A DNA stretch of 64,000 bases from an uncultured bacterium. GTDB taxonomy: Bacteria; Babelota; Babeliae; Babelales; Babelaceae. The stretch covers positions 1,024,001-1,088,000 of the forward strand of contig OY970209.1 of NCBI GenBank assembly GCA_963713855.1, read 5' to 3'. Position numbers and translations under genes: made by a program. Shown piece by piece: positions 37,889-48,509 of this stretch; positions within the stretch are counted from its first letter, which is position 1, and every line of letters starts with the position of its first letter. The notes under the pieces are model-generated. The model did not search any database, was not told the origin of the DNA, and saw nothing but the letters and a program-made list of their open reading frames with translations.

Positions 37889-38872
37889 TTAGTCGTATAA
37901 GAAGTTAGGTAAACGCACTTGTATTCCTGTGTATCCGCCCATAAAATCTTTGTCTCGGTCACCTATGCTACCAACAATCTTATAGCGTTGAGAGAGCTCT
38001 TTTCTCATAGATTGCTTCCATACTTCGCTTGCTTGATTTTTCTCGTCTTTAAGAATAAGCGCGTCAAAATCGGTATATCCTGCATTTTTAAGCCGCTCAA
38101 GTATAACGTCATAAATTTCTTTTAAGCGGCCACTCATGAAAATAATTTTATACCCCTGCTTTAACAAGTTCTTGTAGAGTTCTAAAACGGGCTCATTTGC
38201 TCTCCAAAGCTTTTCAGCTCTGAACGTTTGAAAGGCTTCTTTATTGGGCCAAAGAAAACTATCTCGATCAGCGTATGCAATAAGAGCCGTATCGTCTATG
38301 TCAAAAATGACCACGTCATTCTCATGCACTTCTAAGACGGCAAAAATTTCTTGGGCTCTTTTACATATCTCTTTCAAATCATTTTCATAAAGCCCTGTAA
38401 GATAATAAGCTCGTATAGCTTTTAAGAACGTTTTAGCGTTAGAAAGCTCTATCCCAAAAATGCTGCGTTTTGGAGATTTTAAAACAGTTTCTGAATCAGA
38501 CTTTTGTTCCGGGGCGTCTAGCACGATATTTCTATCAACAGATTCAAGGACGAGCTTTGTTTGATCGTCTACGTTAATTTGAAATTTGTTCGAACTAATG
38601 GTGCATTCGTTATCTGGACACATATATTCTGAAGGTAATTCAAACAAAAAAATAGTCTTTTCTCGTGCAGTGTACAGTGATAGAGTACATGGATTAGTAC
38701 TTTCCTTTAGAGTGATGATGCTGTCGCTTTTAATAAGAGTCTCTTCTGTGTCTTGCTCGCTTTTAATGAAAATACCTACCGTATATGGAGTTACATTGTG
38801 TAGGACGATCTCCTTTGCACATGTAAATGGTGCAAAGCAGTACATGATGCTAAAAATTATACCTTTTTTCAT
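37889..38872 (-). CDS. HAD family acid phosphatase (class IIIB, plant VSP-like) with signal peptide and extra N-terminal domain
   Basis: VVIFDIDDTAL, IIFMSGR, L..AGY, K...R..L...Y.IVGSIGD...D..G, LPNFLY. Confidence 0.85.
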   Translation of the reverse strand: MKKGIIFSIMYCFAPFTCAKEIVLHNVTPYTVGIFIKSEQDTEETLIKSDSIITLKESTNPCTLSLYTAREKTIFLFELPSEYMCPDNECTISSNKFQINVDDQTKLVLESVDRNIVLDAPEQKSDSETVLKSPKRSIFGIELSNAKTFLKAIRAYYLTGLYENDLKEICKRAQEIFAVLEVHENDVVIFDIDDTALIAYADRDSFLWPNKEAFQTFRAEKLWRANEPVLELYKNLLKQGYKIIFMSGRLKEIYDVILERLKNAGYTDFDALILKDEKNQASEVWKQSMRKELSQRYKIVGSIGDRDKDFMGGYTGIQVRLPNFLYD

Positions 38873-39006
38873 GGGGCCTTTCGCAATGTGCTCATAATTT
38901 GAAGTAGTGTAACAAACCAATTTCTTGCCCCACAAGAAACTGGTTTAATGCCATTCTTTTTTTGGTAAATTTCTCAAGGACGGGCTTTACTCTACGACAC
39001 AAATCG

Positions 39007-42000
39007 TCATAATTGATCCGGTCCAAAATTAACGCTACCTAAAACTGCTCTTGGTCTGTAGACATACTTATAGAGCATCAAAGCGGCTAACCCCGCTGCA
39101 GTCAATAGAGCAGCGCCTCCGATAACGCTAACAGGTATAACCGATGCAAGAATAATTGTTAGGTTATTATTTGAGCTGTTTGAGCCATCTTGACTGCTAC
39201 CATCGCCCAGAAGAGTTCCGAAAGAACCAACTGATACATCATTGGAATCGAAATTAGCTGTTGCAAGAGACTCTTCCTGATTGTTTGAACTTGTATTATA
39301 CGGAGCGAAAATTACAGCAACACAATGGGTTGAGTTAGTTGGTAAAGGATAAGATCCATTAGCAGATAAGATTCCCCCATTAACCGTAAAGAGTGAGAAG
39401 TTATTAGAATCGCTATTGGCCGTTGCTACAAAAGCACCATTTGACGTAGCGCTAATAGATTGAGGATTAAGCGAGCCTGTAGGCAGCGAGTATGACTGTG
39501 CACCACTGAGAATACCTGATTGAAAGTTAAATGCCGTAACGTCATTCGAACCACTGTTAGCCGTAACAAGAAGATTAACGGGTAAAAATGTAAGAGACTG
39601 AGGTCCGGTGGATCCTGCAGGTAAAGCTGTTAATGTACCACCGCTTAAGACACCTCCTGCAACATTGAAGACCGCAATATTGTTTGAAGCATAATTAGCA
39701 GTGGCAAGAAAAAGGCCATCCGGCGTAAATGATGTAGCTTCAGGTTGTAAAGCGCCGTTTGGTAACGGATATGCCGTTGGATTCTTTAAAATGCCTCCGA
39801 TCACCTGAAATACCGTGACGTCATTTGATCCAGCGTTGGCAACAGCAAGGTAAAGATTGCCCGGAGCAAATTGTAGCGAACTAGGGTTGGTTGATCCCGC
39901 AGGTAACGGATATGAAACAGCTCCTGTTAATTGTCCAGCTAGTAGTTTAAACACAGTTACGTCATTTGTCTTTTCGTTAGCTGTTGCAACATATGCATTA
40001 TCCGATGAAAAAGCCACTGACGTAGGAAGCGAAGGGTTTGCGAGATTGAATGGTAGGGGGAATGATTTTTTCGTTCCTAGCGTAAGAGTGTTGTTAGTTA
40101 GGTTTGCAGTAAAAAGCGTAACATCGCTTGTGTCAAAATTTGCAGTTGCAAGATAGGAGCGATCCGATGAAAATGCTACCGCAGTGGGCCCACGAGATCC
40201 CCTCAATAGTGGTGGTAGAGGGTATACTATGCCGCCGCTCAATACTCCTGCCAGTTACGGCAAATACACTAACATTAGACGAACCCTCATCCGCAATAGC
40301 AAGGTATAGGCCGTTTGGTGTAAATGACACTGATTGTGGCGAGGTAGAACTAGAAGGTAATGCATATGAAGTGGCATTACTCAATGCTCCGCCTGCTCCC
40401 ACAGTAAACACAGTCGCTTCTTATTTGATTGAACATTACCCGTAGCAAGAAATAAGCCATTAGGTGAAAATGCTATTGATTGGGCAACGGCGGAGCCACC
40501 AGGCAGAGGATATGATGTGCCAGCGCTTAAGACTTCTCCTGATCCCACCGTAAAGACTGTTACGTCTCCAGCATTAGCAGTTGCAAGATACGTACCGTTC
40601 GGCGAAAACGCTAGTGCGTATGGGAAGCTTGAACCACTGGGTAAAGGATATGAACTACCTCCACTGACGACTCCTGCGGCGTTAAAATTAAACACGGTTA
40701 CAGCATTATTGCCAAAATCGGGAGTAGCAAGGTATGAGCCGCTTGGCGCAAAGGTGAACGATCGAGGATAGCTGCCAGACGGAATTATGCCATATGAAGT
40801 AGCGCCACTCAGCACTCCTCCTGCTCCCACATTAAAAACGGTAAAATCATTTGTAACTTCGTTACTTGTTACGAGATATTGATCATTTGGTGAAAACGCT
40901 ATTGCCATGGGATTTAGAGAACCGCCAGGCAAAGGGTAGGAGGTAGCGTTGCTTAATATGCCTCCTGGTTGCACCGTAAACATAGTAACAGTAGCCGATT
41001 GCACATTAGCTGTAGCAAGGTAAGCGTTATTTTGTGAGAATGCTAATGTATAAGGCTCTAGAAAGCCGGACAATACGAGATAGGCATTTGGACCGCCTAG
41101 CACACCTCCTGTTCCCACACTAAATACACTAACCGTACCATTACCAAAGCCCAAAACTCCGCCTGCGACGGCACAATGCGAGCCGTCCGGTGAAAATACT
41201 ATCGAAGCTGGGTATGATGGGCCAGCTGGTAATGCATATGATGTTCCTGGATTTAGCACTCCTCCCGTTGCCACTGTAAATATCGTCACGTTGCCGCTAC
41301 CAAGATTAGCGGTAGCAAGATACGAATCATTTGGTGAAAACGCCACTGACCAGGGTGATCCGGAACTTGCTGGCATGGGGTACGATGTTCCATTTGTTAG
41401 ATTTCCACCTGCTCCCACGCTAAATATTGTTACATTGTTTGAGGTATTATTACCAGTAGCAAGTAGTGTTTCGTCTTGCGAAAATGTTACTGCAACGGGA
41501 TAAGTGGCACCCGGAGGCAAGGGATAAGAAATACCGACACTTAAGACTCCGCCAGTTTGCATCGTAAAGATAGTGACATCATTTGAGAGCTCATTAGCTG
41601 TTGCTACATAATTACCTGAGGGTGAAAATGCAAGCTTTCCACCAAACGAAGAGCCTGAGGGCAAAGGATATGAAGCCTGGCCGCTTAAAACTCCAGCTAC
41701 TCCTACATTAAACAGCGTTACACCGTTCCCGTTAGCTACGGCAACATATAAGCTATTAGGAGAAAATACTGCTGAGTCAGCTCCTCCAGCAGCGATCGGA
41801 TATGACGTAGCCCCGCTTAAAGTTGCTCCTGAAACATTAAATAGGGTCACATCATTTGAGCTCCGATTTGCAGTAACAAGATATAAACCATTGGGTGAAA
41901 ATGCGACTGATGCGGGGTTTTTTGAACCGGAAGGCAAAGGATATGAAGCGATAAAATTCAATGCGCCTCCAGCTTGAACGCTAAATAATGTGACGTCATT

Positions 42001-42321
42001 TGTAATATAATTAGCAGTCGCATGATACAAGCCATCGGAAGAATACGCTGATGCGTATACAAGGGATGTCGGGCCCACAGGAAGAGAATATGAAATTCCG
42101 TTGTATAAAACTCCCCCTGCTACTTTGTACATTGAAACATCGTTTGAATTGGCGGTAGCAAAATAAGAGCCATCGGGTGAATACTGTCCATCAGTAGGCC
42201 ACATAGAGGCGCCCGGTAAAGGGTATCTAACCTCGTTAAGAGCTTCTGTCCAAGAGCTCGTAAAACAAATAATCCAAAAACTTATAAAAACAGACATGTT
42301 TAAAGCACGAGAAAACAACAT
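39007..42321 (-). CDS. Large beta-propeller repeat surface protein (21 repeats); paralogue 3, interrupted by two compensating frameshifts
   Basis: ORFs 40381..42321 and 39007..40242 are in the same frame, while repeat 14 lies in the frame of 40133..40411; shifts at about 40420 and 40251; tail YKYVYRPRAVLGSVNFGPD matches paralogue 1. Confidence 0.85.
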
Positions 42322-42626
42322 TCATACTCTCCGCATTTTTTTGCTAGCAAAAAGACCATTTTTTTTAACAAGACTTCGCTGGAATCGAAAGCGTAAAAAC
42401 AGCATTAGATTATTCAGCGAGTTATCAAATGTCAACCAGAACAATGGCATTAAAGCAAATAAAAATTGCCAAGAACAAAACGTTTGGCTTTGCTGTAAGC
42501 TACTTGTTTCAGACTTGATACGAAACAAAAGATTGTTAGGAAGTTTGGGTTTATTTTCTGCCACTAACGGTGGCAAATTGAGCTCTAGGAGATTTTTTTA
42601 AAGCAACGGGATTATCTTAAAGAACA

Positions 42627-42666
42627 GTTCACGCTAACAGCCTTTGTAACGGTTATTAGCGTGAAC
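42627..42666 (-). terminator. Stem-loop after the HdeD-family gene
   Basis: gttcacgctaa...ttagcgtgaac inverted repeat. Confidence 0.6.
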
Positions 42667-42675
42667 GCTTATTAT

Positions 42676-43269
42676 TTATTTGTGATTTGTCTCATGGCCA
42701 AAGTTTTTGGTTGACGCGAACGCGAGCATCGTAAACATAGCTCCCGTAAATATGAGATCTATAGCTACAAAAAGGCCGATGACCCAGAGGCTTGATGCTG
42801 GCCATCCAAGACCTACAAGTACCCCAAGCGCAAGTGTTACAAGGCCGTTAAGGAAAATCCAAATACGTCCTCGTGTTCTTACAAAAAATGCCCCAGCAAT
42901 ACGTATTAAACCACTTGCCGTGAATACACCAGCAAGAAGTAGCGTGAGAGCCATAGCGCCTGTTACTGGTTTAAGAATGATAAGAGTACCTGCAACAGCA
43001 TTTAGGATGCCTATCATGAGTGAGAATAAAAAGTGGTTACCTCGGCGTACCCATAGAGCATACCCTGCCTGCATAATACCGCTTATAAGCAAAAGCCATC
43101 CAAAAAAGATAACCGATGCAAATGTGGTCAGCGTTGAAGTCGTCAGTGCTATAGCACCAAGAACTAGAAGCCCAATACCAAGGGCAAAAAATAGCACCCT
43201 GTGCTTTTTGATGTCTTCAGCACTCATATGAGCATGTGTCGCATCATGTAAATCGCTATTCATCTTCAT
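42676..43269 (-). CDS. HdeD/DUF308 family membrane protein
   Basis: LGIGLLVLG.IA, FFGWLLLISG, WPASSLWVIGLFVAIDLIF.G; RBS aaggag. Confidence 0.88.
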   Translation of the reverse strand: MKMNSDLHDATHAHMSAEDIKKHRVLFFALGIGLLVLGAIALTTSTLTTFASVIFFGWLLLISGIMQAGYALWVRRGNHFLFSLMIGILNAVAGTLIILKPVTGAMALTLLLAGVFTASGLIRIAGAFFVRTRGRIWIFLNGLVTLALGVLVGLGWPASSLWVIGLFVAIDLIFTGAMFTMLAFASTKNFGHETNHK

Positions 43270-43373
43270 CTCCTTATACTCTCTCTTTTTTTCTATAGCA
43301 TACTCGAAGCACTTTAGAAATAGCAAGACTTTATTTCTTTTAGGATTAAGCTCGGTCTTTTTAGGTCTCTAAG

Positions 43374-43952
43374 CTATTTATCAACTTCGATATCAAAATC
43401 TTTGTCTATCTCTTCTTTAGTGACCAGCCCGCTGATAGCGAATGCTCTTTTGAGCGCCATGGCCTCAGCTACTTTAAGGATCATAGCGTTAACGTATTGC
43501 TCCCAGATGGGTGCGCCTTTCTTATAATAGTCTTTAATGCTTACAAATATGGCGGTGGCTTTTCTACGGTCCTTTCTAAACACGTTACAAAACGCGCCGG
43601 ACAACTTGCTTTTATCGAAAGCCAAATGGGATTCTCCGTACTCTATGTGAATGCTTCCGTCCTCACGCTTCACCAGTTTATCACCTTGGTAGACCACATC
43701 GCTTTCAAGCCCATCAAAGTTCTTATTAAGGTTGGCGATCTTTAAGTAGCCATCTCTGCTTGTTAGGATGGCTGCTCTTCCATTATATTTTAGAAAGTAG
43801 ATTTCTTTTTTAAGCGGATCGAGATCATATTCCTGACAGAGGTAAAGGAATACTTTAAGCTCGCTATCGGTGGCACCCTGTGCACTACTATTTTTAATAA
43901 GTTCTATATCGTTCGAGCTAAATGTTTTTTCTGCTTTAGCTGGGCTTTGCAT
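43374..43952 (-). CDS. bet: Bet/RecT-family single-strand annealing protein
   Basis: AQGATDSELKVFL.LC..YDLDPLKKEIYF, TSRDGYLKIA, W....NAMILKVAEAMALKRAF.ISGL...EE. Confidence 0.85.
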   Translation of the reverse strand: MQSPAKAEKTFSSNDIELIKNSSAQGATDSELKVFLYLCQEYDLDPLKKEIYFLKYNGRAAILTSRDGYLKIANLNKNFDGLESDVVYQGDKLVKREDGSIHIEYGESHLAFDKSKLSGAFCNVFRKDRRKATAIFVSIKDYYKKGAPIWEQYVNAMILKVAEAMALKRAFAISGLVTKEEIDKDFDIEVDK

Positions 43953-44028
43953 AGCTTTTCCTCTAAAAAAACGTTCGATATCTAGTATATAAAAAATGCG
44001 AGCTTTTTCCCAGTGAGCACAATGCGTT

Positions 44029-44469
44029 CTATTTGCGCTCGCAGCAGTGTTCTTTGTACGTTTTAAGAGGGTCCCATAGTGCGAATAGTCCTGGCCCACC
44101 TATAATAATAGCCAAAGCAAAGAGTATTAAACTAAGCGGATACTCAAAGCCACCATTTTGAGCAAAAAAGCCGTGCCCGCGATGGATAATAAGTACAGCA
44201 CCGAGCATAACACCAATCGTCATAAGAGCACCAAGCTCAGCTGCAACCCCTGTAAGCAAGAGGATCCCGCCAATAAATTCAGAAAATGCTGCTAAATAAG
44301 CTACCGCAGAAGGTATATGGTAGGTACCCGCCCAGGAGACGAAAGCGGTTAGCCCCGGTCCACCAAATACCCCCAGCACTTTTTGACCACCGTGTATAAT
44401 AAATATTATCCCTAACGTTATTCGAACAAGCGTAAGCGCGAGTTGCGTGTGCTGAAAAATATTCTTCAT
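44029..44469 (-). CDS. DoxX family membrane protein
   Basis: RITLGIIFIIHGGQK, EFIGG.LLL.G, H..HGFF..NGGFEYPL, GPG.FAL. Confidence 0.92.
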   Translation of the reverse strand: MKNIFQHTQLALTLVRITLGIIFIIHGGQKVLGVFGGPGLTAFVSWAGTYHIPSAVAYLAAFSEFIGGILLLTGVAAELGALMTIGVMLGAVLIIHRGHGFFAQNGGFEYPLSLILFALAIIIGGPGLFALWDPLKTYKEHCCERK

Positions 44470-44666
44470 AAATGGTTTGCTCCTTTTTAATGTCTCTCTT
44501 CGCTCATGTCATACCAAATTTGCTCAAAAAGCACAATCCAGCTAGCTGCACACCTTTATAGTTTTCATACTTTATGTTCTAAATAAAGTGCTTAAATATG
44601 GGCTATTTTAAAAAAATTTTAATATGATACAATTATTAGGGTAGCGGTTTTCTTAAAAAGGCATTT

Positions 44667-45416
44667 ATGAGTTGTACATTTACGTATTTAGCTTTAGCGT
44701 TCCTTTCCTTGAGCTCTTGCGGGCTAGAGGCAATGGAAAAGAAATCTTGTAAAAAACCTTCTCTATGCACCCAGTACTATCTAAAGAAGTTGCTTTGTGC
44801 AAGATTAAGTACCTTGTTGCAAAATCCATCTATTTTACATAGAGCTATAGCTTCTTATCAGGATGAAGAAGCGTCTTTAATACTTGGTCTCGGCGCTAAT
44901 CCAGCATTACAGAATGGAGAAGGCCAAAATGCTATGCATGTTGCGCTTATTAATGGTAACTTGGACTTTGCAAGAGCTCTTGTCGTCGTGCTTGATCTTG
45001 AGGCGCTATCTAGCCCGGATGTGCATGGTCATAATTCACTGGACTATGCCTTAAGTCTTAACTTCAATGATTTTGCTCATGAGTTAAGACAGAGAGGCGT
45101 CAACTCATCAGCCAACATTGAGGATCAAACTGACCTTCATCGAGCAGTTAATAATGGCGACAGCGCTGCTATTCGCGAAATTTTAGCTATTCAACCAGAG
45201 CTCATTAATGTGCCTGACGGTGAAGGACATGCACCGCTGCATTGTGCCTTGATTGAAGGATTTAATGAGGGAGCGCTTATTTTGATAGAGCTTGGTGCTG
45301 ACTTAGACGTTGTTTTTGCCAGAAGCACGACTGATCTAGAAGCTCGTCGATTGGTCATAACTCCCCGTGAATTTATTCGGGCGACCGGCAGCCTAGATCT
45401 CTTAAGAATGCTTTAA
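44667..45416 (+). CDS. Ankyrin repeat protein with signal peptide
   Basis: GQNAMHVA, GHNSLDYA, TDLHRAV, GHAPLHCA, LGAD repeats. Confidence 0.85.
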   Translation: MSCTFTYLALAFLSLSSCGLEAMEKKSCKKPSLCTQYYLKKLLCARLSTLLQNPSILHRAIASYQDEEASLILGLGANPALQNGEGQNAMHVALINGNLDFARALVVVLDLEALSSPDVHGHNSLDYALSLNFNDFAHELRQRGVNSSANIEDQTDLHRAVNNGDSAAIREILAIQPELINVPDGEGHAPLHCALIEGFNEGALILIELGADLDVVFARSTTDLEARRLVITPREFIRATGSLDLLRML

Positions 45417-45537
45417 CATAACTTTATTTTTTCCGCCCGATAGCATGCTGAAATTCTTAGAATGATCGAGTCCTATATCTGTAAAAATTAATTTTAGCAA
45501 CCACTGAATTATAGATCTTGTTTTTGTTTAATAGCTA

Positions 45538-45579
45538 AAATAAGCACTTTTGATCAATTGTCATTCAAAGTGCTTATTT
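45538..45579. terminator. Stem-loop between convergent ankyrin and photolyase genes
   Basis: 13-bp inverted repeat aaataagcacttt/aaagtgcttattt. Confidence 0.55.
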
Positions 45580-45593
45580 ATATATCCGATCTT

Positions 45594-46979
45594 TTAAAAC
45601 TTCATAGCAGCTTTTTTATAGATCGCTTGAGCATATTTTGCTTCTTTAGCATGATCTAGTATTGGTAGCGGATGAATGCGTTTATCACCAAGCTGATCCC
45701 AATTATGTATGCGTTCGGGCGCTATGTTTCTAAATGCTGGAAGCCATTGCTTGATATAGGTGCATGCAGAATCAAATTTCTTTTGCTGTGTCCAGGGGTT
45801 AAATATCCTGAAGTAGGGTTGTGCATCGCTGCCTGTTGAAGCTACCCACTGCCAATTCCCGTTATTTACGCATGGGTCATAATCAACGAGAAATTGTGCA
45901 AAAAATCGCTCACCTTTCTTCCAATCTATGTGCATATCTTTTGTTAAGAAAGAGCCAACGATAAGCCGTGCGCGGTTATGCATATAGCCCGTGGTGATAA
46001 GTTGAGTCATAGCAGCATCTACAATTGGAAAACCAGTTGAAGCAGAGCACCATCGCTTAAACAGTGTTTCATTGTCGTTCCAAGCAATATCATCAAATGA
46101 GGGCTTAAAGGCGTGCCCAAAAACAAAAGGGGCATAATAAGCAATGTGCGTAAAGAAATCTCTCCAATAAAGCTGCCTCAAAAGAGCCTCAGATCCTGTT
46201 TTTTCTTTTATAGCGTGGTAGACTTCCCGTATGGAGACGGTGCCAAATTTATTAGGTGCCGAAAGGCCAGTCGTATTCATATAAAGCAAGTCGTGCGTTT
46301 TTTCATAGCCCTTAAACTGTTTTAGGTTGGCGAGTATACCCAAAGCCTCTCTTCTTCCACCCTTACGAAAAAGCTCATTATTTTTATAGGTTGCCCATTC
46401 TCTTTTTTCAATAGCTTCAAAGCTTGTAGAATACTTACTGGCACCTATTTTCTTGCGATAGTTTTTTAGATCGTGAAAATGAGGTCGTTCAACAGAAATC
46501 TCAAGGGCTTTTTTATAGAATGGAGTAAAGATCTGATAGGGTCTTCCATCTTGTTTTAGAAGCTCTTCAGGCTCATGCAAAAGCGTGTCCCCGTATACCT
46601 TAAAATCTATGTCTTCATGGTCGCAAATCTTTTTTATATTTTTATCTCGTTCTTTGCTAAAAGGTGTGTAATCTCTGTTTACAAACACAGCTTGAGGCCT
46701 AAGCTGTAGCGTAAGTTCTCCTATTACGTGCTGCGTATTGCCATAAAACAGAAAAAGTTTACCGCCTTTTTTATGCAGCTCCTCGTCAAGGTCGTATAGA
46801 GAAGCGAGCATATATGCGATACAATTAAGGCTTCGATAGGAATTACTCTTCTCGACCTGAACAGGGTCAAAGATGAAACAGGGTACTACTTCTCTTGAGA
46901 GCTTGAGCGCGTTATAAAGTCCAATATTGTCCTCAATCCTCAAGTCACGCCTAAAAATGAAGATACTTGTTTGGTACAT
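45594..46979 (-). CDS. phrB: Deoxyribodipyrimidine photolyase
   Basis: FRRDLRIEDN, QLYWRDFF, TGFPIVDAAM, TGYMHNRAR, NNGNWQW.ASTG.DAQPYFRIFNP. Confidence 0.95.
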   Translation of the reverse strand: MYQTSIFIFRRDLRIEDNIGLYNALKLSREVVPCFIFDPVQVEKSNSYRSLNCIAYMLASLYDLDEELHKKGGKLFLFYGNTQHVIGELTLQLRPQAVFVNRDYTPFSKERDKNIKKICDHEDIDFKVYGDTLLHEPEELLKQDGRPYQIFTPFYKKALEISVERPHFHDLKNYRKKIGASKYSTSFEAIEKREWATYKNNELFRKGGRREALGILANLKQFKGYEKTHDLLYMNTTGLSAPNKFGTVSIREVYHAIKEKTGSEALLRQLYWRDFFTHIAYYAPFVFGHAFKPSFDDIAWNDNETLFKRWCSASTGFPIVDAAMTQLITTGYMHNRARLIVGSFLTKDMHIDWKKGERFFAQFLVDYDPCVNNGNWQWVASTGSDAQPYFRIFNPWTQQKKFDSACTYIKQWLPAFRNIAPERIHNWDQLGDKRIHPLPILDHAKEAKYAQAIYKKAAMKF

Positions 46980-47112
46980 GATGCTTTGCCATGTAAATTT
47001 TTTATAACACTAGATCATTTTTTAGGGATGTCAAAGCAGAGCCTCAGGTATTCCCTGAGGCATACTACGCTTACAAGCTTAAAAATGATAAAGAGTTTTT
47101 GGTGTGCTTAAA

Positions 47113-47646
47113 TTATTCGTTTTCTTTTGTCGGCAGCTCATTTTGGGTTTTTTCGGCTGAAAAAAGAGCACTCAAAGCTCCGGCTATACCCGCTCCACCA
47201 TGAATAGCTGGCAGGGATACTCCTACTCCAGTTGACAATGGGCTTTGTTCAAGCACTTCACGTAAAGCAATATAGGAAGACATTGTAAATAGAGCAGTTG
47301 CTGCAATTTTTCCTAATAAATATCCTGCTTTGCCCTCAGGTGAAAGTTTTTTAGCAAGCTCATTTGCCTGTTTGTACGAGTCAGATGCCAAATCAGCGGC
47401 CTTAAGAGACGCAGTACCTAGGGTAAGAATAGTGCCCATAAAGATTTGGATAAAGCTCTCCAGGACGCCGGTTTTTAGTTCACTAGAGAACTCGTCGGAT
47501 TTTATTTTGTCATCCTTAGGCTTTTTTATTTCATGTATTGGGTTACGTACGACCAGGGCGCTTGAACGTTGATTCTCTTCTTTTGCGGCATGGAGCCAAG
47601 AGGGTAAACTGCATATAAGAAGCGCGAGAGCTAGTTTTTTTATCAT
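47113..47646 (-). CDS. Secreted/membrane hypothetical protein
   Basis: RBS aagga; signal peptide ending LHA; Gly/Ala-rich hydrophobic segments. Confidence 0.7.
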   Translation of the reverse strand: MIKKLALALLICSLPSWLHAAKEENQRSSALVVRNPIHEIKKPKDDKIKSDEFSSELKTGVLESFIQIFMGTILTLGTASLKAADLASDSYKQANELAKKLSPEGKAGYLLGKIAATALFTMSSYIALREVLEQSPLSTGVGVSLPAIHGGAGIAGALSALFSAEKTQNELPTKENE

Positions 47647-47895
47647 GTCTTATCCTTAATATCGGTATCATTAACATCATTATAAAATAAATATATATAT
47701 AAATTCAATATTTTTTCCAATAGCAAATTTTAGTATCATTTTAGACATAACAATACTCCCAGCGTAACCGGCTTTCAATTTTTTAATATAATACTTTAAT
47801 AAGAGCTTATTTTTCAAAGCATTGCCTTGTCAGACAATTGCTCTAGTAGTATGCTTAATTTGTTTTATTGAGGATGATATTTGTTGGAGATTGTT

Positions 47896-48438
47896 ATGCG
47901 TACAACGCCTATAGCCATTACCTTTGCTTCAATACTGTTTTTACCTTTTTCGATTGCTCAAGGAGGCAAGCTAACTCATGATCAGAAAGAAACTGTAAAG
48001 GATATAATTGCTCTTATGCGGAGTAAGGTGACTTATGAGAAGGCCCAAAAGAATGATAAATTAAGTGCTTCTTATGGACAGGTAATTCACGAGCTTGAAG
48101 AGATTTCTTATAAAAAACGAAAGGATAAAGCCGATGCTGGAGACGTTGATGAGCAAGTAACGCTTGCTCAGATTCTTGAAAAATCAGGCAGGATCGAGGA
48201 AGCCAAATATTATTATATGCTTGCAGCAGCTGAGGGGGACGAAGAAGCACAAGAAAAATTGCTTGTTCTTGAAGGTCACCGATTTGCTCATGGTCAACGA
48301 TTGGAATCTATGGTAGAGACTAGAGAATTATATCTAGCCTGGGCATCACTCGCAGCATTAGCTTTTGCTACAGTATATGTTCTTTACAGATGCATTGGTT
48401 CTTCTCGCAAATTAAAACTACAAGAAAAAGACATTTGA
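47896..48438 (+). CDS. Sel1-like repeat protein with signal peptide and C-terminal TM
   Basis: ADAGDVDEQVTLA...EAKYYYMLAAAEGDEEAQ; TM then RCIGSSRK. Confidence 0.7.
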   Translation: MRTTPIAITFASILFLPFSIAQGGKLTHDQKETVKDIIALMRSKVTYEKAQKNDKLSASYGQVIHELEEISYKKRKDKADAGDVDEQVTLAQILEKSGRIEEAKYYYMLAAAEGDEEAQEKLLVLEGHRFAHGQRLESMVETRELYLAWASLAALAFATVYVLYRCIGSSRKLKLQEKDI

Positions 48439-48509
48439 TTTGCAATGAATAGACCTGCACTTGCTTGCACACATTTTATACAAAATCTTATAGATAAAAG
48501 GGTATACCA

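Noticed and set aside
9289..42321. Propeller repeats as a CRISPR array or DNA tandem repeat
   Set aside because: The repeats are conserved at protein level with divergent codons, lie inside long ORFs and have no repeat-spacer structure; no cas genes are present.
42296..42601. ORFs 42296..42601 (+) and 42322..42576 (-)
   Set aside because: They overlap each other in an AT-rich upstream region, with no clear RBS or recognisable motif.
43374..43952. Prophage around bet
   Set aside because: No integrase, structural, replication or lysis genes; the flanks are ordinary membrane-protein genes.
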